Below are positions 33,881 to 45,664 of a stretch of DNA of 64,000 nucleotides, piece after piece. The notes beneath the pieces were generated by a model. The model was given only the letters and a program-made list of their open reading frames with translations, was not told the origin of the DNA and did no database searches. The stretch covers positions 80,057 through 144,056 of the forward strand of contig NJAL01000006.1 in NCBI GenBank assembly GCA_002591725.1. Reading direction: 5' to 3'. Positions within the stretch are counted from its first letter, which is position 1, and every line of letters starts with the position of its first letter. Origin of the DNA: Candidatus Didemnitutus mandela (GTDB lineage: Bacteria > Verrucomicrobiota > Verrucomicrobiia > Opitutales > Opitutaceae). Position numbers and translations under genes: made by a program.

Positions 33881-34925
33881 ATGTCGACTCTCGCAAAAGG
33901 CCGTATTCTTGTCACTGGCGGTGCCGGCTTCATCGGGAGCGCGCTCGTTTGGGCACTAAACCAGCGCGGCTACACTGACATCGTCGTCATCGATTTTCTT
34001 GCTCCGGGAAAAACATGGCGCGGCGAAGTCGCCGTGAGCCACGGAGCCGGATTAAAGCGGCTCAACCTCGCGCCGCTGAAGTTTGCCCAGTTTGTCGAAG
34101 CCGACAGCTTCCGTTCGCGCATAGCCAGGAATGCAAACGCTTTCGGTCGTTTCGGCACAGTGCTGCACCTCGGTGCCTGCTCCGCAACAACCGAAACCAA
34201 CGCCGCCTACCTCGACGACAACAACTTTGCCTGCACGAAGGAAATGGTCGTATGGTCGCTCGCGCAAGGCGCCCGGTTTGTCTATGCCTCCTCCGCCGCA
34301 ACCTATGGTAACGGCTCGGCGGGCATGGATGACAAGAGCGAAAATCTCGCCGCATTGCACCCGCTCAATCTTTACGGGCAGTCGAAGCACAACTTCGATC
34401 TCTACGCGCAGAAAAATGGCCTACTCCGGAAAATCGTCAGGGTGAAATACTTCAACGTATACGGCCTGAATGAGGGCCATAAAGGCGACATGTGTTCGAT
34501 AGTGAACAAGGTATTCGAACAGATCAACTCGACCGGCCGACTCAAGCTTTTCAAGAGCCACCGTCACGACTGTCGAGATGGCGAGCAAAAGCGCGATTTC
34601 CTTTACGTCAAGGACGCCATTGAGATGGCGCTTCACTTCTGCGAAAAAGCGACAACAATCGGCAGCCTTTTCAATCTCGGTTCAGGAAAAGCACACACTT
34701 GGCTTGAGCTTGCCGACACCATCTTTGATGCAATAGGAAAGCCGGTACAGATCGACTTCATCGACATGCCAGAACAGCTCCGCGACAAATTACCAGTATT
34801 TCACGCAAGCGGACATCTCTAAGCTCCGAGCCACCGGCTATAGACGCCCGGTAACGCCTCTTGCCACCGCCGTACGCGACTACGTGCAGAAATACATAAT
34901 TCCCAGCAAAAAGCTCGGCGAATAA
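33881..34925 (+). pseudogene. rfaD: ADP-L-glycero-D-manno-heptose 6-epimerase with one +1 frameshift near 34790
   Basis: VTGGAGFIGS, HLGACSATTE, YASSAATYG, LNLYGQSK, KYFNVYG; after QLRDK an extra T shifts off the conserved YQYFTQADISKLRATGY tail, which ends at TAA 34925. Confidence 0.88.
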
Positions 34926-35743
34926 CCGACGGTGCAACTGGCGCTTGGGAAACTGGTCTCGTTTACCCGATCCGAGCTCCCCACATCCGGGCAACAACTA
35001 TCAAGTAGATGGATCGTCCAAGTTTCGTCTCCATACGAAACTGCTATTGTGCGCTACCGACCGGCCAGAAGTCGCCAAGAAAAGTTTCCTACCAGCACCT
35101 TTTCCCGCCGGCGTTACGATATTACGATACAGATTTTATTTTACGATTTCATTACTAAACAGTGTTGATCCAGAAAAACGTAACTCCGCCTTGAGGGCTC
35201 ATGACGAGCAGTTTATAGACCTTGCGGTTTTTAATCGTGCTTTCGCCCACATAGCCCACCGAGTGGCACTTCGTTTCCGGATCGATCAATGGGCCATAAG
35301 AAAACCTGCATTATCGAAGAAATCATGCCGACCGTCCCCACTCATCGGCACCGAGTTTCCTCCCCAAATCTTTGAATAAGAAAGCCCCAGATCGGGGCCC
35401 GTATCTGAACACTAGATTACGACATGATCGGACCAAGAGTTTTCGACTTTTAAACGGTTTAGCCATATAGCCCCGACTTTGAAATCGACCGCCTCGTTGT
35501 CGGTTAACGCTCCGCCTTCCGTATAGAAGAAAAATGCCGTTGCGCCAGCTTGTCACTAATACGTGGGGCATAGAGTTACAGAACTTAGAAAACATGCTTA
35601 CCTACACCAGAAACACAAACCGTCAACAGCAAATCGAAGATCGAAACGAAAAGTCGGGCTCATGAGGCAATTAAAGCAAAACCGTAGAAGCGATTCAGTA
35701 TTCCCGAGCTTGCCGCGCCGATCCCGGTCAGCACACTCCCGGC

Positions 35744-35980
35744 ATGGAATTTGGATGGTGGAAAAGGGACGACGAAGGCCTTAAGTGGCAAATCTCCGTG
35801 CGTTTTCATGGCAGCAACGTCGTATTCAGCCGTAAACACGGCCATCATACCTCTTGGGAGGACTTCGATGGCACCGATGAAGATTGGGACCGCCTGCTGG
35901 CTGAAGCGGAAAAGCGGCTGCCCCGCCGTCTGATGAGTAAGAAGCAATTCCATCAGCTAAAAGAGCAGCGTCGATATTGA
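35744..35980 (+). CDS. Small hypothetical protein (78 aa)
   Basis: Intact ORF with protein-like composition (MEFGWWKRD..EDWDRLLAEAEKRLPRRL) amid decayed DNA. Confidence 0.7.
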   Translation: MEFGWWKRDDEGLKWQISVRFHGSNVVFSRKHGHHTSWEDFDGTDEDWDRLLAEAEKRLPRRLMSKKQFHQLKEQRRY

Positions 35981-35989
35981 GAAGCACAA

Positions 35990-36434
35990 GCACACGCGCC
36001 ATGATAAGTCTGAACGCAGAACAATAGTTTTCCGGCCGAGCCGCAAGCTCTCCTATTCCCACTCATTCGCCGCGCTCGATTCCTTCGGGGGTACAACACA
36101 AAGAACACCTCATGACTGGCCTGATAGATCCAGGAAAATTCCCAGCCAGTATTCTCAAACGCAAGCAGCCAGAACAATCTGGCCAACAGCACAGGTGATT
36201 TCAGATCAAGCTTTCCTCCAATTCGTACCAAGCTACAGTATCGTAATTTTCACTAATACCGAGATGCGCGGAACACAGCCAGTTATAGAACCCGCGTGAA
36301 ATGCCCTCCGCCATCGAAGCGCTTTTCCAGAAAGATCCCCTTTTCTCGTTAAAAAACCAGACGTACACCGCATGGTATGACACACGATCCTCCGTGTCCA
36401 CGACATCGAACATTTTCTCGCGACTCTGCACCAC
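35990..36434 (-). pseudogene. NUDIX (IPP-isomerase-like) hydrolase remnant
   Basis: EKMFDVVDTEDRV..HAVYVWFFN, CSAHLGISENYDTVAWYELEE (Nudix box), TGWEFSWIY. Confidence 0.7.
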
Positions 36435-37099
36435 GCTTTAGTTCATTGCCGCTGCTTCGTGCCCACTCGTGTTTTTTAAAAATTTCCATGACCAAAATCG
36501 ACCCCAACCAGGTCGTCAAAATCCTGAAAAAACTAAAAGCCGAGCCTTCATTTCTGCGTAAAATCGTCAAGGGAATGAGCCTGTAACCTAACCCGCTGCC
36601 GATGAAGACATCAAGCCGCCGGCGTTCAAAAGACAATTCGTTATCCTGTTCTCGGGCTCAGGGAAAAGTTGCCACAAAAAATCTGATCCGCTAGATTGTA
36701 CTAGTTCGGAAGAACGCCAGCCCGCATCCGACCACCGAGCTTATTTTCAAGGAAGCTTACCGTTTTACTCCCTCGAAACACAGCCGCACCACTTTCGGTG
36801 AAATCCGTCAGCAAGGTACTCAAGAGCACCGATGCGAGATACTTTAAGAAATCGCAACGGCAGGTAAAAACCAAGCTGCTCCTCGCCGTGATGGTCACCG
36901 GCAATGTCTTCCCAAAAGACGAACTCAAAACCGGGAAGTCGACCCCCGCCGCAGGAAATAGAACGAGCAAGAAGAGCACAATAGCCGGGGAGAAATACTT
37001 CCATCAGCGTGGCGGTTTTTCGCTCAATCGATAACCGATATGAGATTGGCCAGATGTGGTTATCATAGATAGTTACATTAAGCCGCCCCCATAACCATT

Positions 37100-39780
37100 G
37101 TTTTTCGCCTCTCTAGCTTTTCGGCAGCTACTGGAACATCAGGCTACTTAGCTTTCTGTTACCTGCTTTCGCGCAAACCGATGTCGCTCCAATCATAACA
37201 CAATTTCCAGAGCCAAGCACAAAAGTCACCAGTATAACCGCCACCCTTACTATTGAAGCAATAGGCACCGTCTTCTTTCAATGAGGAAAGGACGGTATGG
37301 CAATCGGCGGCAATCAGCCATCGTTACTGCTACTCTTGGGATATTTGACTTCGCTTCAGACTAGGAGCTATGCGGTCACGACGCCAAATACCCCCGGACT
37401 GACCACCTCGCCCGGCTTTATTGACGGCTTCACCGCTATAATGCTTAGTAACATCAATAAGGCCCCCAGCCCTAATAGGGCGTTGTAAGAATAGGACGCA
37501 AAACGCCGAGACTGGATTGGATCTAAACAGGAAAAGAATTCTATTCCATTTTGAATAGCCAGCAACGCTCGTTACAGCGACCAAGGTTATGTGTCTTATG
37601 TGTCGGTCCAAGTCCATAACAGCGAAGATTCCATAGAACTTCACATAAGCACACCCATCGTCTTGGAACAATCACCTGAAGAACCGGCGACTTCCCGAGG
37701 ATTGGCCAACCAGTCCGCCTACTTGAGTCAAGACACTCAGTTCAACGTCGCCATGGCGGCACCCCATCCGGTACAGTTCCAATGATATAAAAACGGTGAG
37801 CCAATTGCAGGCGGAACAGAATCAGCATTTCAATGGGGAAAGATATAACCTACACTTATTTTTCTTCGTTTCAAAGCCGGCGACTGCCGGCACCTGCCAA
37901 GTGAAGCTCTCAAATCATTTGGCACAACAACCAGCTTGAGCGCCACCTTAACCCGAGTCGCGCCACCTGTAATACTCACAACGAATCTATCCAATCAACG
38001 CCAAGTACTCGGCCAAGGGTTGAACCTAGTAGCTGATAACACATGGGTGTCGGAGGCTTAAAGTTACCATTAGGATAAAGGTGGCATCGCCAATAGCAGC
38101 AGCCACGAATCCGATCAATACGATCACATCGATGCAACCGAACGGTGCCGGACCTATATCGTTAAAGTCTCGAGCTAAGCTAATATGCTGCTAGACCGTA
38201 ACCAGTCAGTCATCGGCGCTAACTTAGCCGCTTTCTTCACCGATCGAAACGCAGATAACCTTTGTCGAAAATCTTGTGGTGCTAACGCTATTGGATCTGT
38301 CCACGAGCATCGTGCAATAGCAACTCAGAACAGACCGAAGCATGACTTTTGGTCAATCTTGTGGCTAAAAAGTAGCTACTCCGACACCAGCCATCGCCAC
38401 TTTTAAAGTCCTGAAGTCCTGCACCCCACACAGCGTTCATTAATGGAACCTGCTTTCGCTAAAAATATAATTAGTAGCGCACTTATAAGTACCAGTTATT
38501 TTTTACCTTGATCGTGTTGTCCGAACCTAGCTTAATTAAGCTAGTCGATCCTAGCAATGGGAATGGCCTGTCACATGTTGCAGCCGTCGCTTCCCAAGAA
38601 ACATGGGGAATTTGCAGCGACTAAAAATCCCTCTCTACTGGTAGAAATCCTTCAAGCTGTCGACGTTTCCAGCACCGCAGCTCAGTTTAGCAAGCCTGAG
38701 TAGCATTTTACTCTAAATGCCGGTCAAACTATAGCGGCCGCTGGGAATTCTACAATTCAAAAAACCTCTACAGAAAGCATAGTAACTTCTTTCGTTGAGC
38801 AGCCCAAAATAACCTGTAGCAGTTGAGGGCATCGACACCTCTATGTATTTTAATACACCAATCGACACCGTACAAGATGCTGCTCGTAATTTCTGCGTCG
38901 CCGATTACATGAGCCATTCTTAGTGCGTATCCTTTCTCCACTTGGCGCCAGCGGCACGATAGCAGAGAAAGCAATCAATTGCCGATGCCATAGGCAGCCT
39001 TGGGCTCATCCGCGTTGTTTGGCATGCCAACCGACATCGCGGCCAACACCACCAGCAATATTTAGATCGCCGATCAGAGAAATCGTCTGATTCACAAAGC
39101 TCCTCCGACCGGGCAGGTGAACATGGTTGCATGTGTAGCAGGCCAATCCAAAACGATCGATGGCGCCCGTTGCACTGGCTCGCTTCAAAAAGATATGATA
39201 GCTATCGCTATCGTAGCGCAAGGAGACATCTGTGTTGCAGACATAGCCAATTCAACGATTTGTCACACCTCTTAAAACTCAATAATCACGCTAGCAGGAA
39301 AAACAAACTCAACAGGCTTGGTGAGTGGTCAAAGCCAAATGGTTAAATGAAACCAAAGGCTTTGCTTGGAACAAAGCGGGTAACTTGATCGCCGCAGACA
39401 CAAGAAACTTTGCCATTCGAAAAATAAGGCCAGGAGGGAACCCGTACCCTCTCCCCTTTGGGGCGGATCTGTCCCAAAAATTATAGGGCCAGCCCTCGGG
39501 AATGTCTTGTCACAGCTCTGATTCCGCAGTTTTGTTACAGTTAGGGGATCCCACGAATGTAATCTACCAACCAATAGCAAATAATGGAATTGTTTTCGTG
39601 GAAACAGATAAGTATTGTTTATTCTTTCGCTGCTGCAGCCACGGTGGATCCGGGCAATTGGACTGTCGTCGCCCACTAACTCAATTGATTCGACCACTAG
39701 TTCTACCGCCACGCTCGTGGTTATCACACTATCAACAGCAAATTATCAATAGCAAATCCAACTTCCTTAAGTGGGATTAA
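37100..39780 (+). pseudogene. Large immunoglobulin-domain surface protein remnant
   Basis: NQSAYLSQDTQFNVAMAAPHPVQFQ*YKNGEPIAGGTES is an Ig strand pattern (YQWxKNG.PI.GAT); further fragments follow with many stops. Confidence 0.6.
38527..38544. repeat. Perfect 18-bp palindrome
   Basis: ctagcttaattaagctag. Confidence 0.9.
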
Positions 39781-39795
39781 TTACGATGCAGAACC

Positions 39796-40407
39796 CTAAA
39801 TTAAATTCTTCAGCTTTCTGAACCTGCCCATCGGCTGCCACGTTATCGACAGACCAAGTACAGTTCGAGCTGCTCTGGATTTATGCCTCGGCGCTTGTGA
39901 CGCCGCCGCCAGTGCGACGAGATTAAGTTTCGCTCCAGGAGTGACGCCGTTGTTCTTGAAGCAGTCTTGGTTCATCTCGAGTACGAACTTCAGATCGTCC
40001 CGGTGCAACCACAGCAAGCGTTCGTTGTGCGAGTACCATCGGGTAAACTTCCTTCAGATTGCCATCCACGTCGAAATAGCCAATATCTAGCGCAATATCG
40101 GTGTTGTGCATCCAGAACGATATCTGCTCCGGAGCCAGAAACACAAAAATCATTCCTGCATCTGCGCTCGTTTCCCAGCAGAACATCAAGTCGCACTACA
40201 CCTCGTCGACGCGCACCACGATCTGCATCTGCACGGTGTGTTCGCCGACCTTGATAGGAAATGATAGGGAACCGGTCGTCGAACCTCTTGACCCTCAGCC
40301 GGTCCGCCAGCCTTGATTTCGTGGCTGTCATAAGCCAAGATAGAAATGAAGGTAACAGTCGTGATTAGCAATCGGAGAAGAATGCGAAAACATTTTCCAT
40401 TTACCAT
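39796..40407 (-). pseudogene. DUF192-domain protein, frameshifted
   Basis: GMIFVF..QISFWMHNTDIALDIGYFDVDGNLKEVYPM and FVLEMNQ..F..NGVTPG lie in different frames. Confidence 0.8.
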
Positions 40408-40429
40408 CCTATATGGTTAGGCACTTATA

Positions 40430-41584
40430 TTGAAAATAAATCCATCCTTCTCCGTGCCCGAAACGCCGCCTCCCCTGCTCTACGCCGACACCCATGCCTC
40501 AACCGACATGCTTTATTTCGGGAAAGTCGAAGTGCATGACCCGTTTATCGCCTTTGGGGCCAGCGGAAAGAAGATCACTGTACAAAACTCCTTGGAATTC
40601 GGCCGCGTAAAAAACACCAGCGACTTCGACACTGTGCTACCGATCGAGAAGTGGCATGATCTCGCACGCTCGCGCTATGGCCAACAAGCCGGTATCGCCG
40701 AGATTATCGCCACCGTCACCCAGAAGCACCATCTGAAGGTGTTTCGCGTGCCGGCCGAGTTTCCAGCCGGGCTTTACGTAAAGCTGCAGGCACTCGGTCT
40801 TCGCCTGGACATTGTTGAGGGCAGCCTTTTCCCCGAGCGAGAAATCAAGACCGCAACCGAAATCGCCGCCATCCAAAAAGGCAATCGTCTTTGTTCGGTG
40901 GGTTACACCGTCGCGGAGAGCGTGCTCCGAGCCGCCAAGGTCAAGGGCCGCACACTTATCTTCCAAGGTCTGCCGCTCACTTCGGAACGACTGCGCTTCT
41001 TGATTGAAACCGCGATCAAGGAACAAGGTGGCGATGCACACGACACTATCGTAGCCGGCGGAGACCAGGCTTGCGATCCCCACGAACGGGGCACCGGCCC
41101 CCTGCGTCCGCACGAGCTTATCGTCATCGACATTTTTCCGCGGGTCATGAAAGTTGGCTACCATGGCGATATGACTCGCACCTACCTGAAAGGCCGACCG
41201 CGCGAGGCACAACGTCGGATAGTTGCTACCGTGCGGAAAGCCCAGCTCCTGGCACTTGGTATGACCCGCGTCGGCGTCGATGGTCGCAACATTCACCAAG
41301 CAGTCTGTGACTTTTTTGTTAACGAAGGCTACAAAACGCGCCGCGAAAAATACGGCTCCGTCGGCTACTTCCATGGAACCGGCCACGGTTTGGGTCTTGC
41401 GGTCCACGATGTCGGCCGAATTGGACCAACGTCCTATATATTGAAATCAGGATCGGTAATGACAATCGAACCAGGCCTGTATTACCCAGGTCTCGGAGGT
41501 TGTCGCTGGGAAGATGCCGTGCAAGTCGGCTCTGGACCTGCCAAGCTTTTATCCCATCATCCCTATCGCTGGGAGATTTTCTAA
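40430..41584 (+). CDS. Xaa-Pro aminopeptidase (M24)
   Basis: IVIDIFPR, GYHGDMTRT, HGTGHGLGLAVHD, TIEPGLY, GCRWED. Confidence 0.92.
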   Translation: MKINPSFSVPETPPPLLYADTHASTDMLYFGKVEVHDPFIAFGASGKKITVQNSLEFGRVKNTSDFDTVLPIEKWHDLARSRYGQQAGIAEIIATVTQKHHLKVFRVPAEFPAGLYVKLQALGLRLDIVEGSLFPEREIKTATEIAAIQKGNRLCSVGYTVAESVLRAAKVKGRTLIFQGLPLTSERLRFLIETAIKEQGGDAHDTIVAGGDQACDPHERGTGPLRPHELIVIDIFPRVMKVGYHGDMTRTYLKGRPREAQRRIVATVRKAQLLALGMTRVGVDGRNIHQAVCDFFVNEGYKTRREKYGSVGYFHGTGHGLGLAVHDVGRIGPTSYILKSGSVMTIEPGLYYPGLGGCRWEDAVQVGSGPAKLLSHHPYRWEIF

Positions 41585-41595
41585 CTACCTATTTC

Positions 41596-42564
41596 ATGGA
41601 GTCTCTTCTCAAACGGATTGCTCAACTTCGGGTCTTTATCATCGGCGATGTGATGCTCGACCACTACATTTGGGGCGAAACCTCGCGCATCTCGCCCGAA
41701 GCGCCCGTTCCGGTAATCAATATCGAGTGTGACACTTACAGCGCCGGGGGCGCCGCTAACGTCGCCCTAAATGTCGCCTCGCTCGGTGCCAAGGCTACCA
41801 TTGCGGGGCTCTTTGGCCGTGACGACGCCGGCACGCGCCTCCGTAACATCCTCACCCAAAAAGGTATCGAGACCATCACAGCAACTGGCATCCACGCAAC
41901 CATCATGAAGACGCGCGTAGTGGTGCACCGCCAGCAAATCTGTCGTCTCGACCGCGAATCGTCGCACCACGACTACGAAGTTGGTCTCAAGCAGATGGGG
42001 GAAGCGTTCGAAAAAGCAGTAAAGAACTCCGATGCCATTATTTTTTTCGACTATGCGAAGGGCCTTCTCAACGACGCTCTTGTTAACAAAGTCACCGACT
42101 TTGCTCACGCACAAGGTAAAATCATCGCCATCGACCCAAAGCCACACAGCAAAATAAAATTTTTCGAGCCCGATCTCATTACGCCAAACCGAAACGAAGC
42201 ACTGCAGCTCGCCGGCCTCGAAGCCAAGCCGCACCAGCCATTTCCGTCCGCCGAAGTTTGCGCTCGCATCTACGAACAATACCGTCCAAGGAATCTCGTT
42301 GTAACCATGAGCGAGGAAGGTATGCTTCTTTCCCATCACGGGAAAGCCGGAAAAACAATTTCCACTATGGCCCGCGAAGTCTTCGATGTTTCCGGCGCAG
42401 GTGATACCGCAGTCGCCGCGCTCACGCTCGGGCTTGCCGCTGGCGCCGCCATCGAAGAAGCCGCCCAATTTGCCAACGTCGCCTCCGGCGTCGTGCTGAG
42501 CAAACTCGGCACCTCTACCGTCACCCCCGAAGAGGTCCTCTCACATATTCCTAACGAAAAGTGA
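41596..42564 (+). CDS. D-glycero-beta-D-manno-heptose-7-phosphate kinase (RfaE domain I / HldA)
   Basis: IGDVMLDHY, RISPEAPVPV, GGAANVA, DYAKG, ITPNRNEA, VFDVSGAGDT. Confidence 0.92.
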   Translation: MESLLKRIAQLRVFIIGDVMLDHYIWGETSRISPEAPVPVINIECDTYSAGGAANVALNVASLGAKATIAGLFGRDDAGTRLRNILTQKGIETITATGIHATIMKTRVVVHRQQICRLDRESSHHDYEVGLKQMGEAFEKAVKNSDAIIFFDYAKGLLNDALVNKVTDFAHAQGKIIAIDPKPHSKIKFFEPDLITPNRNEALQLAGLEAKPHQPFPSAEVCARIYEQYRPRNLVVTMSEEGMLLSHHGKAGKTISTMAREVFDVSGAGDTAVAALTLGLAAGAAIEEAAQFANVASGVVLSKLGTSTVTPEEVLSHIPNEK

Positions 42565-43103
42565 ACGTCGGCTCCGGGAAAGCGCTCTTTCTTGATCGCG
42601 ACGGTACATTGATCTTCGATAAAGACTACCTTGCCGACCCGGCCGAGATCGATCTCGTGCCCGGAGTCGCCAACGCGTTGCGTCGCGCTCGGACGCTCGG
42701 CTATCAGTTTTTTCTCTTTACCAATCAATCCGGTATCGGACGCGGGTATCACACGCTCGCCGATGCCGAAGCGGTAAACGTCCGCATGGAGGAAATGCTC
42801 GGCCTACCCGCGCCGCTTTTCACGGGGATTTGCATCGCTCCTGAAATACCCAGCCAGCCCTCGCGCTACCGCAAGCCGTCGCCACGCTTAATCCTCGAAT
42901 CCATCACCCGTTTCAGTCTCGACCCTCAAAAGTGCTGGATGGTCGGCGACAGAGAAAGCGACATGAATGCTGGTCTGAGTGCCGGAATTTGCTCAGCCGT
43001 AGTCGGCACTGGTAAATACACAGTCAGCGAATGGCGCTCCCGCACCAAGCCCGGCGTACCTGTGTTTGCCGATCTGGCCGAATTTGTGGCTACGCTCGAC
43101 TGA
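42561..43103 (+). CDS. gmhB: Heptose-1,7-bisphosphate phosphatase
   Basis: FLDRDGTL, TNQSGIGRG, RKPSP, MVGDRESD. Confidence 0.9.
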   Translation: MNVGSGKALFLDRDGTLIFDKDYLADPAEIDLVPGVANALRRARTLGYQFFLFTNQSGIGRGYHTLADAEAVNVRMEEMLGLPAPLFTGICIAPEIPSQPSRYRKPSPRLILESITRFSLDPQKCWMVGDRESDMNAGLSAGICSAVVGTGKYTVSEWRSRTKPGVPVFADLAEFVATLD

Positions 43104-43157
43104 GTTTGCCAGCAGCTCGCCACTTGCCACTCCGCCGTAGTTTATTTGATTCGGCAC

Positions 43158-43201
43158 ATGCCCAAACCAGCCGAAGTCAATGCCCAAACCAGCCGAAGTC
43201 A
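43158..43201. repeat. Perfect 22-bp tandem duplication
   Basis: atgcccaaaccagccgaagtca x2. Confidence 0.95.
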
Positions 43202-43930
43202 AATCCTATCGCAAGTGCTAAAGTGCCGGCCATAGGACGAAAGTCGTTTCCTTGTCCATCTATGAAAAAGCGCGCGTCTTCCTCGGTTGCAACGTCACTA
43301 CCTTGTGCCGCAGCGCGTGGCTCGTCCTACACCTCTGAACGAGTGGCAAATTTTCAGCATACAGCCGACAAATTGCGAAGCAGCCAAGCATAATAATCTC
43401 GTGCTACGGAGAAAATAGCACACATCCGTTTTCAACGGCCCGCACATGTTCAGCACCGTGTTTTTTCATCAAGCCCCCCGATATAGTGGACAAAAATCGC
43501 CTCGGCAATCCTTTCGTCTGATTTGAGTGTAGCAACTGTAACTCCATTTTTTCGCCAAAACTCTCGCAACACCGACCAAAACCGTGTTGCTGATACAAAG
43601 TCATTCCCCAACATCAGCAACTGGATAGCCGGAGAAATTTTCTGGCACGCTGCGATTCATCCTTGCTACGCCGCTTAGCTTGCTAACGCGGGCTGAGATC
43701 TGCACGCTTGTTCCACTGGAAGAAGGTTTTCCGACTCGCATTCGACACCATTGCCGGCCACGACAGCTGCCTTCCGCAAGAATTAAATTACGACATTCCC
43801 AAAACTGGTTCTTCACACGTCGCTAGGGACCAGGCGGCCACGATCCCCAAATCGGCGCGAAGCCGGCAGGAGCCAGCCATTGACAGCCGCACGACCTGCT
43901 AGTCGCAAACTCAGAAAAAAGCTAACCGCC

Positions 43931-44707
43931 ATGCCCAAAAAAGTCCGGCTCGATGAACTCCTCGTTTCCCGCGGTCTAAGCGCCTCGCGCTTGCAAGCCA
44001 AAGCGCTCATCATGACCGGTCGCGTTCGCCACGGCACACAAGGGCTGGACAAACCGGGAAAAGAATATCCCGCAGATTTCGAAATCTCCGTCGATCAACC
44101 ACCACGTTTTGTCAGCCGCGGCGGAGAAAAACTCGCGGCCTACCTTGAGCGTTTTCCGCTCACGCTTACAGGCGCGCACGTGCTCGATATCGGTGCGTCC
44201 ACGGGCGGTTTCACCGATTGCGCGCTCCAAGCCGGCGCCGCCGACGTAACCTGCGTGGATGTCGGCAGAGCCCAGCTACATGACAAACTCCGCCACGATT
44301 CACGCATCATCAATCGCGAAAAAGTCAACGCCCGTCACCTACAGCCGGAAGATCTCCCACGCGCCGACTACAATGCCATCGTGATGGATTTGTCCTTCAT
44401 TTCGTTGAAAAGCGTGCTGCCCGCCATCTGGTCTTTCTTGCATCCAAGCGGCATCCTCATCGCGCTCGTAAAGCCGCAATTCGAAGCAAGGAAAAGCGAT
44501 GTCGATCGCAGCAACGGAATCATACGCAACAACGCCATCCGCGAACGCGTGCTAACCGAGGTGCGGAGCTTCGCGTTACAGAAACTGCCAAACGCCTTGC
44601 TCCACGGCGAAATAGAATGTCCAATCCACGGCGCGAACGGCAATCGCGAATACCTTCTCGGTTTGACCAAGGGAACGGTCCAGACGGCCGGCGCCGCCAC
44701 ATCTTAA
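43931..44707 (+). CDS. tlyA: TlyA-family rRNA 2'-O-methyltransferase
   Basis: S4 domain [48 protein letters not shown]. Confidence 0.94.
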   Translation: MPKKVRLDELLVSRGLSASRLQAKALIMTGRVRHGTQGLDKPGKEYPADFEISVDQPPRFVSRGGEKLAAYLERFPLTLTGAHVLDIGASTGGFTDCALQAGAADVTCVDVGRAQLHDKLRHDSRIINREKVNARHLQPEDLPRADYNAIVMDLSFISLKSVLPAIWSFLHPSGILIALVKPQFEARKSDVDRSNGIIRNNAIRERVLTEVRSFALQKLPNALLHGEIECPIHGANGNREYLLGLTKGTVQTAGAATS

Positions 44708-44776
44708 AGCTTTGGCATTTCTTTGGCATTTGAAAAAAACACTTCCGCCATCCCCACTTCTAGCATGTAATGCCTC

Positions 44777-45664
44777 ATGCACCCGATCCGCCGACTCGCC
44801 TTCGTAGTCAATCCCGACAAATCTGGAGCTTCCGGATTAGCGAAAGAGTTGATAGCGCTCGCCCGCCAGGCAGGCGTTAAAAAAACTAAGCTAACCAACG
44901 ACCGCGAGCTACCACGGGACTGTTTCCGAAACAGCGACGCCTGCTGCGTCATCGGTGGCGACGGGACCCTGCTCGGCACGGTACGTGCCGCTGCCGAAGC
45001 CAACATACCAATCATCGGCATCAACCAGGGCACCCTGGGGTTCCTCACCACCTTTTCCGCTGAGGAAGCCCTCGCACATTCACCCGCGCTTCTAGCGGGC
45101 GATTTTTGCGTGGCAACCCGCTCGCTGCTCGAGTGCAATACCGGCTCCGGAAAACCCGACATTGCATTAAACGACGTACTGGTGAAAAATGAGTTTAACT
45201 CCCGGCTTATCCGCCTAGAAGTCGTTGCAAACGGAAATTTTGTCACCGAGTTCTATTGCGACGGTCTAGTTTTCTCCACGCCCACGGGATCGACCGCCTA
45301 CAACCTCGCCGCTGGCGGACCGATCATTCACCCAAGCGCTGCTGTCATCGCAATGACGCCGATCTGCCCTCACACGCTCAGCAATCGCTCGGTCATTTTT
45401 CGCGATAACGTGAAGATTCAGGTTTTCAACCGCAGCAACAGCTCACGCCTGCTGGTGGCCATGGACGGCCAGCGCAATGCGCTCGTGACCGAAGGTTCGC
45501 CAATCGAAATCAGTATTTCAAAACGCTCGCTTCTCCTCGCTCAACACAAAGACTACTCCCACTATGAGGTTTTGCGTACGAAGCTCAAGTGGAGCGGCGG
45601 CGTGGTCGAAAAAAATAAGCACCAAATGTTTGCACCGGTTAGGGAAAATGGAAGCAATTACTAG
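44777..45664 (+). CDS. ppnK: NAD+ kinase
   Basis: GGDGTLL, GTLGFLT, ALND, DGLVFSTPTGSTAYNLAAGGP, TPICPH. Confidence 0.94.
   Translation: MHPIRRLAFVVNPDKSGASGLAKELIALARQAGVKKTKLTNDRELPRDCFRNSDACCVIGGDGTLLGTVRAAAEANIPIIGINQGTLGFLTTFSAEEALAHSPALLAGDFCVATRSLLECNTGSGKPDIALNDVLVKNEFNSRLIRLEVVANGNFVTEFYCDGLVFSTPTGSTAYNLAAGGPIIHPSAAVIAMTPICPHTLSNRSVIFRDNVKIQVFNRSNSSRLLVAMDGQRNALVTEGSPIEISISKRSLLLAQHKDYSHYEVLRTKLKWSGGVVEKNKHQMFAPVRENGSNY

Noticed and set aside
43158-43900. Possible histone-deacetylase-family remnant (SAGH.., CFFIKPP resembling FSLMRPPGHH)
   Set aside because: Too eroded. The catalytic motifs cannot be recovered, so it is not called.
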